A DNA stretch of 64,000 nucleotides from NCBI GenBank assembly GCA_044344255.1, contig JBIJDH010000011.1, forward strand, positions 160,001 through 224,000, read 5' to 3'. This DNA is from Myxococcota bacterium (GTDB lineage: Bacteria; Myxococcota_A; UBA796; UBA2385). Numbering within the stretch: the stretch's first letter is position 1; every line of letters begins with the position of its first letter. Under the pieces are notes generated by a model, which had not been told where the DNA came from, ran no database searches, and saw nothing but the letters and a program-made list of their open reading frames with translations. Shown here piece after piece: positions 23,461-33,468 of this stretch. Position numbers and translations under genes: made by a program.

Positions 23461-25062
23461 TCAGCGGACGCCGTGCGCCACCACCGCGCCGCCGCCATTA
23501 CAGGCATCCGAGGCCCCGCCCTCACACTCCCCGTTGGTGCAGCTCAGATCCAGCGTGGCGCCGCCGAAGAGATCGCCCGAGGCGTCGTAGACCCCGTCCG
23601 GGGCGTTGACGTCGGCCCCGGAACCGAGCGCCACCGCGCTGAAGGAGAGGTCCGTCGAGCAGCCGAAGGTGACGAGGCCGCCCACGCCGGTCGAGGTGTT
23701 CCGGCTGAAGCTCCCACCAGACTGGGTCCAGCTACCGCCCTCGAGGGTCACGATCCCAGACAACGGCGACGAATTGTCCGAGAAGGTGGTGCCCGACACC
23801 GTGGCGGAGACCGCGCTCGCTCCGAACATGTACCAGGCTCCCCCCATATACCCGGCGTAGTTATCATCAAATGCGCCGCCGCTCACCGTCACGTTCACGC
23901 CCGTCGTGGCCAGCGCGCCCCCGTTGGTCGGCGCGGAGTTGTTGGAGAAGGTGACGTCGGTGAGGGACAGGGTCTCCGTCCCGGAGAAAGAGAGGACGTA
24001 GATCGCTCCGGCCATCGACGAAGCGGTGTTCGACACAAAGGTGGTGTTGTCGATCGAGACCGCGCCTGGGGAGTTGAAGAACGCCGCCGCGCCGGCGGTC
24101 CCGCTGTTGGTGCTGAAGGTCGCCCCGGAGATGCTCGCCGAGCCGCCGGACATGAAGAGCGCGCCGCTGTTCCCTCCGCTGGCATTGCCGGAGAGCGTGG
24201 TGCCGTCCACGGAGAGCGCGCCCCCGAACATGGTGATCGCCCCATAGCTGCCCGAGTAATTGTCGGTGATGGAGCCTCCGTTGATGTTGATCTCAGAGGT
24301 CCCGGTCCACATGCCGGCGCCATCCTGACCGGAGATGACGGAGTCATTCATCTCGAAGCTCGCATCGGCGGGGAGGTTGACCCCCGTCCAGCCGTCCACC
24401 AGCTCCACACGGTGGAGCGCGACATCCGAATCCGCACCTCCGTAAACCGCGCAATAGCCGCCGGTCACCCGGATGTCGGAGACGGTCGCGACCGAGCTGT
24501 CCGCGATCCAGATCCCATAGGCGTCCGCGTTCACCCGGAAGGTCGTGTCGTCGCCCCCTTCGATGGCGCTCTCACCGCTCATGGTGATGGCGACCGGCCA
24601 TTCTCCGCCACAGACGCGGAGGGTCGCGTCCACGAGATCGATCACGGCGGGGGCCTCGTCGGTGGCGGCGTCGAGGGTGGCGGTCATGTCGACCGGGTCG
24701 GCGCCGTCCGCGAGGAGCCAGTGGCCGCCGTCGTCCTGGCCATCGCAGTCCTGGTCCACACCATCACACCAGAGCTCGGCCGCCCCGGGGTGGATGGTGG
24801 GGTCGCCATCGTTACAATCATCGGCCTCGAGCACGCCGTCGCCGTCGGCGTCCACGTCGACCGGGTCGGTGTCGGCGTCCGCGTCGCTGTCGGCGTCGCT
24901 ATCGGCGTCCGCGTCGCTGTCGGCGTCGCTGTCCGCATCCGTGTCGGCGTCACCCTCTTCTGCAGAATTCCCCGAGCTGTCTTCTTTGTCACCACAGGCG
25001 GCGAGCGACAGGGACAGGGAGAGAGAGGCAACAAGGGAAAAGGAGAGCGAGGCGAGGCGCAT
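23461..25062 (-). CDS. Surface lipoprotein with MopE-like metal-binding motif and beta-helix (GGA/FxxN) repeats
   Basis: Lipobox LAAC, DADSDADA linker, DCNDGDPTIHPGA.E.CDGVDQDCDG, repeated F..N...GGA. Confidence 0.85.
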   Translation of the reverse strand: MRLASLSFSLVASLSLSLSLAACGDKEDSSGNSAEEGDADTDADSDADSDADADSDADSDADADTDPVDVDADGDGVLEADDCNDGDPTIHPGAAELWCDGVDQDCDGQDDGGHWLLADGADPVDMTATLDAATDEAPAVIDLVDATLRVCGGEWPVAITMSGESAIEGGDDTTFRVNADAYGIWIADSSVATVSDIRVTGGYCAVYGGADSDVALHRVELVDGWTGVNLPADASFEMNDSVISGQDGAGMWTGTSEININGGSITDNYSGSYGAITMFGGALSVDGTTLSGNASGGNSGALFMSGGSASISGATFSTNSGTAGAAAFFNSPGAVSIDNTTFVSNTASSMAGAIYVLSFSGTETLSLTDVTFSNNSAPTNGGALATTGVNVTVSGGAFDDNYAGYMGGAWYMFGASAVSATVSGTTFSDNSSPLSGIVTLEGGSWTQSGGSFSRNTSTGVGGLVTFGCSTDLSFSAVALGSGADVNAPDGVYDASGDLFGGATLDLSCTNGECEGGASDACNGGGAVVAHGVR

Positions 25063-25189
25063 GGGAGGCTCCAATCTGCGTTCAAGGCCAGCATCCGCTG
25101 ACCCTCCCTGGATAGGACATCCGCGTCTCCCTGCCATCCCTCACACTTCCCACAGGCCCACGGTGACGGGGTGGCTCCCCAAGGGCGGG

Positions 25190-25386
25190 GACGCCCCACC
25201 TCGCAGCTCCGCGCCGCCATCTCGGCGTCGGCGGGGCGCTCGAGCCGCGCCGCGCCGATCTCCGTCTCCACGCGCTCGATCTCGAAGCTCAGGAGCCCGC
25301 CGCCGCACGTCGAGGCCGCGCCCTCCTGCGACCTGTGGACGCTGTGCATCCGGCAGATGAACTCCTCCCCGAAACGGTCGACGATG
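25190..25386 (-). pseudogene. Degenerate, internally deleted copy of the 3' end of the gene at 33469-34197
   Basis: 25201-25327 matches 33473-33599 and 25328-25386 matches 33753-33811; encodes CGGGLLSFEIERVE...RLERPADAEMAARSCE; stop codon lost. Confidence 0.88.
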
Positions 25387-25599
25387 TCCGACGACCAGGC
25401 GGGGTCGACGCGGCTCCCGCAGTGAACTGACGGTGGGCACGGAGGGCGACAGGGAGTGATCCATCATCAGCCGCAGTGGAGCCGGGGATGGCGGTCTCGA
25501 TGGCGGCGTTGACCTGGCCGTGAATGGACATGGCTTGCTCCGCTTGATTCAGGAGGTTTGAGAGCGCGGAGCCAACCCGGCCGGGCGCTCTGTCCCGCC

Positions 25600-28500
25600 T
25601 CAGGTCCGACCGCGCCGTCGCGCCAACTGAGAGGCGTAGATCCGCCGCAAGAAGTCGTACAAGACCAGCTCCGTCGCCCGCTGAGCGCCACGTAAGAGGC
25701 GGTTGGCCTGCATATGGAGGTAGCTCGCCCCGAGATCTTGGATGGTCACGCAGAGCTGGCCCTGCCGAGCCGCGGCCCGCAGCTCCTGAACGATCGGGGC
25801 CAGGCGGAGGGACCGCGCTGCCAACAGAGAGAGCCCGGGCGCCAACGCATCGTCTCCTGACCCGGAGGGATCCCAGAGCAAGTCAAGACCTGGCCGCTGG
25901 GCGCGATAATTGGCGTCGAGCTGCCGCTCGAAGGGGGGCGTGACGCCAAACTCCTCGGCGAACCCGCGCCCAATCGCCACCACCAGCGCTGACTTTTCGG
26001 GGATGCTGAGGCCGATATCGTTGAGCAGGAGATCCATTCCGCGCAGGGCGAAGCGCCACCGCAAGTCATTGCCCTCATCACCGGACAGGAGCTCCACAAT
26101 CCCGAGCGCGGCCTCGCTGTCGGCCTCGAAGAGCCGCTCGGAGAGGGCCATCCCGACGGGGCCACCGTAACGCTCGACCTCCCGCTCGTAGGTGTCGAGC
26201 TGGAGCCGCCAGACCTGCCCACCCTCCAGGAGCGGCGCGACACACGCATAGAGGGCCGGGGCGATCTGCTGCCACAAGAGCCCTGGTTCTGCCTCGATGC
26301 GGAGGCGCAGATGCCAGTCGGGGTCACCGTACCGAATGAAGAACCAACGCTCGGCCCCCGCTTCCCGGGCGAGCTCCGTCAGGGGACGCACCACCCGCCG
26401 GAGCACCTCATCCGCCGTGGCGGTGCCGGTGTAGAGCTTTGCGTAGAGCCAGCGCGAGCCCGGAGCAAAGGCGCGCGGGAAGAGGTGGAGCGCCGGGCTC
26501 TCTCCCGGCCGGGTCACCCGCGGGGGGCTCCCGGTCGGGGCCGTCGGGCCGACCGCGGCGGCATCAGGGATCACGGGGAAATCAGGGATCACGGGGACAT
26601 CAGAGGTCACGAGGAAGGGGACCACCAGCTCATGCGTAAAACGACCCTCCGAACCCTCACAGAGCAGCTCGTCATAGGCCGGAAAGACCTCGCGGAGCTC
26701 GACCTCGGCCCCCTCCTCGAGCAGCGCCGCGAAGGCCTCCACGCTCAGAACATTGTCGAAGTCGATGGGGAGCGTGTTGTCGCCTTGTCCGAAGAGCAGG
26801 CGACACGGGAGGGCGCGCTGCTTCCGGAGCTCCTGGGCGCGCAGGAAGCGCTCATCCCCCCTCGCGAGGCGCAGTGGCCGGACTTCGGAGGGCTGCAACA
26901 CCCAGGTCGCGAGGGAGAGCACCAACCTCCCGTGAGAGACCCGAGGCAGGAAGGGCGCTCTCGCTAACGATCCCCAGCTCCAGCAGAGATTGTACCCGTC
27001 GCTCCGTAAGAGGCACAGGAGCTGGTAGAGGCCCAGGTCGGCGCCAGCAAAGTCGTGGGTGTTCGCCATACGGGGGATGATGGTTCGATTGAGCCGCACG
27101 GATCGCAGACGCACCCGACCGCCCTGCACCGAGATCATCAGATCCTGTACTGGGATCTGCGCTTCCGCCTCGGCCGCGGAGGCCCCCAGGTACGGGATCT
27201 CGTAGCGCCGCAGGCGGGGCCGGCAGATGATGTTTCCCGCGCGCCCCGCCGGCAGATGGATGATCTCTGCGAAGATCTCGTCCGGAGAGGATGCCTCCTC
27301 TTGGCGCATATGCGCCTCGACCCCGGCACGAAGCAAAGGGTCCACATGGCAGAAGCGCCCGAGCAAGTTCGAGCCCCCCGCGGAGGCCTCCAACCACAGC
27401 TTGAATCGCCCCGCGCTCGCTTCCGCCGCCGAGGGCGCCGCCACGCTGGCTCGTACGGCGATTGAGGCGGGGAGCGGCACCGGCGCCGTCACCCGAAGCG
27501 CATGGAGATCATCCTGACAAAGTATGATCTCCCTGGCACCGTCTTGGATTGCTCTGTGCATTATGCGCAATAGATGGGGATCACGCGGGTCGCCTGGGGA
27601 GGGGCGGGCCGCGGCCGGAAAGTCCAGCTTCGCCAGGAGGGGTGAGCACTCTTCCGCTCCGGCTCCGACCCCGCCGATGCCACAGTCCTCATCGAGGGCC
27701 TCCAGCAGCGGCACCTCGCGCCCCTCATACCGAGCCACAAACCTGCGCCTGAAGTCTTCGAAGGGGTCAACCGCGGGGCTGAGGCTGTGCAGGAGCGCCA
27801 GCCCCCGCCTCATCTCATCGATGAGCTCTCGCCCCAGGGTCGCCTCGAGGGCCGGCCTGGTCATGTCCACCTGGAGGAGCCGAGGCAGCTCCACCTGCGC
27901 AGGCAGCCGCTCCAGCGAGGCGGCGATACGGAGATAATGATCCGGAGGCGCACCCAGACCCCCTCTGTCGAGGTCCTCGATCAGGATGGCCGTCTCCCGG
28001 AGGATATCGGCGAATGGTCTGCTCTCTTCTGAAGCCGAGAGGCATTCGATCAAGGAGGAGATGGGCTGTGCCGCCGTGACCGATGGCTCGAGCAGAGGCA
28101 CCAGAAGCTGACTGTCGATGAGCGTATGAACGAAGGCATACGCCTCGACCAGGCTGATCTCGTCAGAGACAAGCACGGAGCAGAGCTCGTCGAAACCGGC
28201 TGTGGCGCGCGCCCTCTCTAGTATCGCCAACAGGTAGTCCGTCGGCTCCACAGAGACGAGGTGATAGCTTCGCTCTCGACCCCCACGCCATTCAACATAC
28301 CGGATCCGACCTGCGGACCCGTAGAGGCTTGTGTTCGTGGTATACGAGAAGCTGCGCCGCAGCGCGCGGTCGGCGGTCAGCGCCTCTGTGAATACACAGA
28401 GGTAGTGCATGTCCAAGCGGCTGTGGCGCCGAAGCTCGGACCGCGGAGACAAGGAGAGCACAGTTGCTGCGCCCATGGTGCCGGTGGAGGTGCCAGCGAA

Positions 28501-28959
28501 GAGGCCAAAGGGGGTGGGCCGGCCAGCCATGCGCTGGAGGTAGCGCACGAGTGCCCTCTCGACCCTCGAGCCCCGATCGCTGTCCGGCGCCGCAAGCCAG
28601 GTGGGCAAATGCGCGCTGAGGCTGGGAGAGGCGACGAAGAGCGCCTCCCGAATGACCGGGTCCTTGAGCTTCTCCCGCAAGAAGGCGCGCAGTCGCTGCC
28701 TGTCCTGCGCCAGCGCAGGGCCGAGCTCCGCTTGAGCTTCGGCTTCGCTCGCCCCCACCGCGCAGAGACCGTCGCCGAAGGCGAGGAGCACCCCAATGGG
28801 CAGGAGCGGAGTACGAAAGGCAAAAAAGTCCCCCGCTATGAAGGTTAACGGGGAGGTCAACGGGGAGCTCAACAGGGGGCTCAACAGGGGGCTCAACGGG
28901 GGTGTCACCGACGGAGAGATGGCGTTCCCTCGAGAGAGACCGCCCCGACGCGCGCGCAT
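25600..28959 (-). CDS. lanB: Class I lanthipeptide-type dehydratase (full-length LanB: glutamylation plus elimination domains)
   Basis: FRTPLLP, EALFVASP, YLQRMAGRPTPFGLFAG, LGRF, LPRV, DN.L..D; C-domain WLYAKLY, WFFIRY.DP..HLRLR, YEREVERYGG, SYLHM.ANRL; start uncertain. Confidence 0.95.
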   Translation of the reverse strand: MRARRGGLSRGNAISPSVTPPLSPLLSPLLSSPLTSPLTFIAGDFFAFRTPLLPIGVLLAFGDGLCAVGASEAEAQAELGPALAQDRQRLRAFLREKLKDPVIREALFVASPSLSAHLPTWLAAPDSDRGSRVERALVRYLQRMAGRPTPFGLFAGTSTGTMGAATVLSLSPRSELRRHSRLDMHYLCVFTEALTADRALRRSFSYTTNTSLYGSAGRIRYVEWRGGRERSYHLVSVEPTDYLLAILERARATAGFDELCSVLVSDEISLVEAYAFVHTLIDSQLLVPLLEPSVTAAQPISSLIECLSASEESRPFADILRETAILIEDLDRGGLGAPPDHYLRIAASLERLPAQVELPRLLQVDMTRPALEATLGRELIDEMRRGLALLHSLSPAVDPFEDFRRRFVARYEGREVPLLEALDEDCGIGGVGAGAEECSPLLAKLDFPAAARPSPGDPRDPHLLRIMHRAIQDGAREIILCQDDLHALRVTAPVPLPASIAVRASVAAPSAAEASAGRFKLWLEASAGGSNLLGRFCHVDPLLRAGVEAHMRQEEASSPDEIFAEIIHLPAGRAGNIICRPRLRRYEIPYLGASAAEAEAQIPVQDLMISVQGGRVRLRSVRLNRTIIPRMANTHDFAGADLGLYQLLCLLRSDGYNLCWSWGSLARAPFLPRVSHGRLVLSLATWVLQPSEVRPLRLARGDERFLRAQELRKQRALPCRLLFGQGDNTLPIDFDNVLSVEAFAALLEEGAEVELREVFPAYDELLCEGSEGRFTHELVVPFLVTSDVPVIPDFPVIPDAAAVGPTAPTGSPPRVTRPGESPALHLFPRAFAPGSRWLYAKLYTGTATADEVLRRVVRPLTELAREAGAERWFFIRYGDPDWHLRLRIEAEPGLLWQQIAPALYACVAPLLEGGQVWRLQLDTYEREVERYGGPVGMALSERLFEADSEAALGIVELLSGDEGNDLRWRFALRGMDLLLNDIGLSIPEKSALVVAIGRGFAEEFGVTPPFERQLDANYRAQRPGLDLLWDPSGSGDDALAPGLSLLAARSLRLAPIVQELRAAARQGQLCVTIQDLGASYLHMQANRLLRGAQRATELVLYDFLRRIYASQLARRRGRT

Positions 28960-28987
28960 CGGGGCGGTTGAGCTCGGAGTGCGTGGA

Positions 28988-29107
28988 TCAGTAGGTCCAC
29001 TTGATCTTGTTGTAGGAGCTGGTCTCGCCGGCCTTCACGTTGGTCTTCACCTTGAAGTCCTTGGCGGTGGTCTTGACGAGGTTGAGCTTGGGGGTGGTGG
29101 TGTCCAT
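28988..29107 (-). CDS. Putative RiPP precursor peptide MDTTTPKLNLVKTTAKDFKVKTNVKAG-ETSSYNKIKWTY
   Basis: 39 aa; GGAG RBS upstream; strongly biased codons; immediately upstream of lanB; Lys-rich leader-like part ending in KAG, then a Ser/Thr-containing core. Confidence 0.8.
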   Translation of the reverse strand: MDTTTPKLNLVKTTAKDFKVKTNVKAGETSSYNKIKWTY

Positions 29108-29177
29108 GAGTGCTCCGGAGTGAACGGCATCAGCGCCTGTTGAATGGATACCCGGCGCCCCCGGCCCGCACATCCTT

Positions 29178-29220
29178 CATGGATCTTACATCCATGGATC
29201 TTACATCCATGGATCTCACA
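29178..29220. repeat. 15-bp tandem repeat (CATGGATCTTACATC) about x3 across a stop codon
   Basis: Read directly; contains the palindrome ATCCATGGAT; lies upstream of the precursor gene. Confidence 0.85.
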
Positions 29221-30568
29221 ACCGCTCGAGGAGCCCGAGGGCGAGGAGCCCGTCGAGGAGCTCGGCCGCCTGCTCCCAGGATCTCCCCGACCACTCCTTG
29301 GCCTCCGCGGCCACGAAGCCCTGGCGCCGCGCATACAGGGTTCGGCCGAAGCGTAAGAGCTCCGGCTCATCGAAGGAGAGCTCCGTGGACCCGGCGCTGA
29401 TCTCGACGGTGGCCGCGCCGGTCTCCGAGAACAGGACACGCTCCTGAATCGGGAGCCTCGGGACCACCCGTAGCCGATCTTCGGGCTCGACCGCCCGCGC
29501 CACGACCGGCCCCCCTTCGACCAGCAGGCCGTTCTTCCAAAGCCGGATGGCATCCTCCGCGGGTAGCATCCGATCCGGGAGCTTCAGCCCCTCCTCGGTG
29601 AGCGGCCCGCCTTCAAAGGCCAGGAGCGCGCTCCAGAGGTCGATCGACGCTACATGGACGTCGAGCGCGCCCTGCACGGGGGTGTAGGCGACGCTCTCGT
29701 TCCCCTCTTCGTACTCCAGGGCCAGGCCCGGGCGGGCGGGGCGAAGGTGGCGAGGCGGAGCGATCGGGGACATCAGGCGGAGGCGGCGGGAGAGGGCCTC
29801 GGCCTCGGGGCCCACCCGCATCAGGACCTCCGACCAGGAGAGCCCCTCCACATCGGCGGCGCAGGCCTCGAAGAAGCTCAGCTCCCGCCCGGCCCAATCC
29901 CCCCACAGCTCCGCATGAAGCTCGGCGCTGATCGTTCCATCATCCTCGATCCAACCGCCAAAGGTCCTCGTGGTCACACGGTTTCGTGTCCCGTTCGACT
30001 GGAAGGCGGCCTGGTAGAAGCCTTGGTGGTGGAGGTGGCGGTTGGCGCAGTCCACCGAGAGCTTCTCCTCCACAAGGGCGAGCAAGAGGGTGAGCTGCTT
30101 CCAGACCTCCGCCCCGGGGATTCCATCTTCCATGAGGCAGAAGAATGTTTGACAGACGGCGTTACGATTCTCCCAGATCGTGCAATCACCGCTATCATAG
30201 TACGGACAACGCATTTCCAGGTCTGCGCCGAATTTTCCCGGGCTGGACTCATAACGGCGGTGGTAACGGGGCGAGGACTGTAGCCCGAATGGACTGAGTC
30301 CGATGCGACGACCGATCTGTTCACGGAGGCGCGAGGCGCCCTCGCCACCCGCGAGCAGCGCTCGTCCGACAGCGAAATTCGGCACATCCGGCCAGTAGGT
30401 GCAGCACTTGACGCTCGGGAGAAAGGCGCGGCCGAGCCCGGTGGCCGGGGGCTTACACATCGCGCAGTCCCCGCAGGTGGCTTTGGGCTCAGAGCCGAAA
30501 CGCCGACCGACGGCCTGTTCCATCCAGCGGGTGTAGGTGGAGTTCAGCGCGGAGCTCGGGTGGGACAC
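29216..30568 (-). CDS. YkgJ/CxxCxxCC cysteine-cluster (Fe-S or Zn) protein with extended C-terminus
   Basis: CGDCAMC..KCCTYWP..CPYY..CTIWENRNAVCQTFFC. Confidence 0.75.
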   Translation of the reverse strand: MSHPSSALNSTYTRWMEQAVGRRFGSEPKATCGDCAMCKPPATGLGRAFLPSVKCCTYWPDVPNFAVGRALLAGGEGASRLREQIGRRIGLSPFGLQSSPRYHRRYESSPGKFGADLEMRCPYYDSGDCTIWENRNAVCQTFFCLMEDGIPGAEVWKQLTLLLALVEEKLSVDCANRHLHHQGFYQAAFQSNGTRNRVTTRTFGGWIEDDGTISAELHAELWGDWAGRELSFFEACAADVEGLSWSEVLMRVGPEAEALSRRLRLMSPIAPPRHLRPARPGLALEYEEGNESVAYTPVQGALDVHVASIDLWSALLAFEGGPLTEEGLKLPDRMLPAEDAIRLWKNGLLVEGGPVVARAVEPEDRLRVVPRLPIQERVLFSETGAATVEISAGSTELSFDEPELLRFGRTLYARRQGFVAAEAKEWSGRSWEQAAELLDGLLALGLLERL

Positions 30569-30591
30569 GGGCAGCTCAACCTGGGCAGGGG

Positions 30592-31479
30592 CTAATCAGG
30601 AGGGGTGGCGAGGGAGGCGCGCCCGAGGGCGAGCTCCGCGAGGTCATTGAGGTACTGAGTCTGATCTTCGTTCAGGGCCCCACGCTCCAGGGCATCGATG
30701 AGCTCGGTGACCTGCTCGGGCTCGTTGAGGGCGCACAGGATGCCGTCCATCTCGGGACGGGAGAGGGCGTAGCGGTAATAGTCGGTGATGTGCGGGCGCC
30801 AATGCGAGGGTCCGAGGCCCAGCGCCGCGGAGTCGGGTTCGGACAGATATCCGTGCGTGCTCTTGAAGTTGTAGAGGAGGGCCGGGCTACCCTTCGAGAG
30901 CTGCGGAAAGACCTCCTCCTCGGCCCCGCGGTGAAGCGGGTTGTACCGAAGAAATCCGATGTCGATCAGGCCGTGGTTGAGGGCGAGAACTCCGGCTCGG
31001 CGGTCGTGGAAGCTCGCGCCGATCGCCCGCGAGGCGGGCTCGCGCTCGGGTTGATGCGCGCGGTACTCTCCGAGCCGCACCAGGAGGTCGGCGGCATAAG
31101 CGCCCCCGGCGATCGCGAGATCGACCCGCTCCAGCCCTTTGATCGCGGCCACGACCTCGTGGAAGGGCGCGTGACAGAATTCGGGCTGAGTGACGTAGGA
31201 GACGACGCCCACCACGACCTCGTCGCGTACGCCCCCGCCCCGCTCGAAGAGCAGCTCGAGGCCCCGCCGTAGCTTCTCGTAGAGCGGCCAGTGCATGTCA
31301 GCCGTCACAAAGAAGAAGTTGACGCCCGCGTCGAAGGCCGCGGGGACCACCCGCGGGTCGCCAACCAGGCCAAGGCAGACGGGGCTCACCCCGACCGGGA
31401 GGCCGCCCATGCGGTAACGGTGCCTCAAGCTGGGGAGGCTGCGCGCGTTGACCGGGGATTGACGCCGAGGCGGGAGCAT
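30592..31479 (-). CDS. Aldo/keto-reductase-like oxidoreductase
   Basis: VSPVCLG, AFDAGVNFF, AIGASFH, RYNPLHRGAEEEVFP, Y.LS.P..D..L AKR-fold motifs; start 31479 or 31509. Confidence 0.75.
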   Translation of the reverse strand: MLPPRRQSPVNARSLPSLRHRYRMGGLPVGVSPVCLGLVGDPRVVPAAFDAGVNFFFVTADMHWPLYEKLRRGLELLFERGGGVRDEVVVGVVSYVTQPEFCHAPFHEVVAAIKGLERVDLAIAGGAYAADLLVRLGEYRAHQPEREPASRAIGASFHDRRAGVLALNHGLIDIGFLRYNPLHRGAEEEVFPQLSKGSPALLYNFKSTHGYLSEPDSAALGLGPSHWRPHITDYYRYALSRPEMDGILCALNEPEQVTELIDALERGALNEDQTQYLNDLAELALGRASLATPPD

Positions 31480-31540
31480 CGGGGCGAAGAGTAGTCGGGG
31501 ACAATCCACGAGTCAAGCATCCGGGTCGGAGGGGGGTCCG

Positions 31541-33289
31541 TCAGTCGCGGCGCGAGGTGCGAAGGCTGGCCAGGACGGTCGCGAGGAGCCCGAGGAGCAG
31601 GCCGCCCCCAGAGGTTGATGTGCTACAGACCCCCTCCTTCGGTCCTGCTCGCACAACGCTCCCGCCACCGTCGTCACCGTCGGGCAGCGCCTCGCCCCCT
31701 GAGCCATCCTCCCCCGGGTCGGCCGAATCGACGACCGCCGTGTCGGCCCCGCCTCCGTCACTCGCCCCCGTGTCTGTCGTGACCCCCGTGTCGGTCGTCG
31801 CCCCCGTGTCGGTTCCGCCCGTGTCTCCGAGACCCTCGTCCACCTCGCCGTCGCAGTCCTGATCCAACCCGTCCGACAGCTCTGTCGCCCCGGGATAGAT
31901 GGAGGGATCGGCGTCGTTACAGTCGCCTGCGTCCTCCGACCACCCGTCCAGGTCGTCGTCGGTCGCGCTCATAGACGACAGGAAGACATAGACCAGCCCC
32001 TCGTCTGCGGCCGCCGCCGTGCCGTAGGGGGCGGAGACGGCCAGATCGGGGAGGCCATCTCCGTTCCAGTCCCCGCCCGTCGTGACCGCGGCGCCAAAGT
32101 CGTCACCGGTGGCGGTGGAGGAGGCCGTCCAGGAGGGCGTTGCAGCCAGACCCGTAGCGCTCCCCGGGTAGATCGCGACGAAGCCCGATCCGGTGACAGG
32201 ATCCCCGGCCATGGCGGTCAGGACGAGGTCGGTGAATCCATCACCATCGAAGTCTCTGCCGCCCGCGATGCCAGCGCCGAGCTCCAACATGGACGGATCT
32301 CCGAGGATGGACCAGTCCGGGAGGGCTGCGGGGCCCGTCGGGCTGCCGAGGTAGATGTCGACGCGCCCCTGCCTCGGGTTGGTGTCCTCCCAGATGGGGG
32401 CGCTCACCGCGAAGTCGGCGAATCCGTCCGCGTTGAGGTCTCCGAGCCCGGTGACCTGCATCCCGAATTCTGTCCAATCCTGTCCAAGGAAAGTCCCGTC
32501 GACGGTGGCGAGCTCTCGAAACCCACTCCCCCACCGCTGGTAGATGTGTACCGAGCCATAGGAAGAAGGCTCCATGGCGTCCCCCACGGCAATGTCGTCG
32601 AAGCCGTCTCCATCGACGTCTCCGATGCCGGCCACAGAGTAGCCGAAATAGGGGTCTACCCCAGCCAAGGTTTTCCAGTAGGAAGTTAACCCGGTCGAGG
32701 AGCCCATCACGACGAGGGCATAACCATCGCGATCACCGTCGTCCTCGGCCGAGGTCATCGGCGCGCCGACGATGACGTCGTCGTAGCCATCTCCATTGGG
32801 GTCGCCTGCGGCGGCGAGACCGTAACCACCCATGCCGACGTCTTCTCCCTCAGAGAAGAGCTCCACGGAGAAGCTCGGGACAAGGGCCGGGCCCGTCGGC
32901 CCTCCATAAAAGGCGTAGAGGGCGCCCGAGCCCGTCCCTCCTTTCGGGGCCGCGACCACGATGTCGGCGTAGCCATCGCTGTTCACGTCCCCGGCGCCTG
33001 CCACCGACGAGCCGAACTGCCCCTCGGCCAGTCCCCCCGTGTATGACCAGGCGGGCATGAGGTCGAGCCCTGTGGGGCCACCGAGGAACAGATAGACCAC
33101 CCCGTCCTGATGACTGACCACGGTGGCGGTTGGCGCGGCCACGAGCAGGTCGTCGAAGCCGTCGCCGTTCACGTCTCCGGCCGACGCGAGGGAGACACCG
33201 AGGTAGTGGTCCGCCACGCCGAGGCCGATGACCTGGGTGGCGGTCGTGAGCGAGAGGAGGCCAAGCGCGGGAAACATCGGCGGGACCAA
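31541..33289 (-). CDS. FG-GAP (integrin-alpha-like) repeat surface protein with MopE-like motif and MYXO-CTERM-like tail
   Basis: Repeated G.S.A.AGD.NGDG.DD..V.AP; DCNDADPSIYPGA.E..DG.DQDCDG; Cys plus hydrophobic plus Arg C-terminus. Confidence 0.9.
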   Translation of the reverse strand: MVPPMFPALGLLSLTTATQVIGLGVADHYLGVSLASAGDVNGDGFDDLLVAAPTATVVSHQDGVVYLFLGGPTGLDLMPAWSYTGGLAEGQFGSSVAGAGDVNSDGYADIVVAAPKGGTGSGALYAFYGGPTGPALVPSFSVELFSEGEDVGMGGYGLAAAGDPNGDGYDDVIVGAPMTSAEDDGDRDGYALVVMGSSTGLTSYWKTLAGVDPYFGYSVAGIGDVDGDGFDDIAVGDAMEPSSYGSVHIYQRWGSGFRELATVDGTFLGQDWTEFGMQVTGLGDLNADGFADFAVSAPIWEDTNPRQGRVDIYLGSPTGPAALPDWSILGDPSMLELGAGIAGGRDFDGDGFTDLVLTAMAGDPVTGSGFVAIYPGSATGLAATPSWTASSTATGDDFGAAVTTGGDWNGDGLPDLAVSAPYGTAAAADEGLVYVFLSSMSATDDDLDGWSEDAGDCNDADPSIYPGATELSDGLDQDCDGEVDEGLGDTGGTDTGATTDTGVTTDTGASDGGGADTAVVDSADPGEDGSGGEALPDGDDGGGSVVRAGPKEGVCSTSTSGGGLLLGLLATVLASLRTSRRD

Positions 33290-33468
33290 GGCGGAGCTCC
33301 TTCAGGGCGGGGCCGCCCGCAACCAAAGGTTGCACGCTCGGACCACGTTGTCAACGACCACACTGACAAAATGGCGCAATACCCCTGCTTTGTTCGCGCC
33401 CGGGGGTGGTCCGTGTATCGGTGCCGGTGGACGAGCCCCCCGTCGGCGTATGAGCGCCGACGGCGCCC

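Noticed and set aside
25289..25531. Small ORF MSIHGQVNAAIETAIPGS... downstream of lanB as a second precursor or BolA-like protein
   Set aside because: It has an RBS-like GGAG but runs into the duplicated pseudogene fragment and shows no convincing motif; at most a truncated relic.
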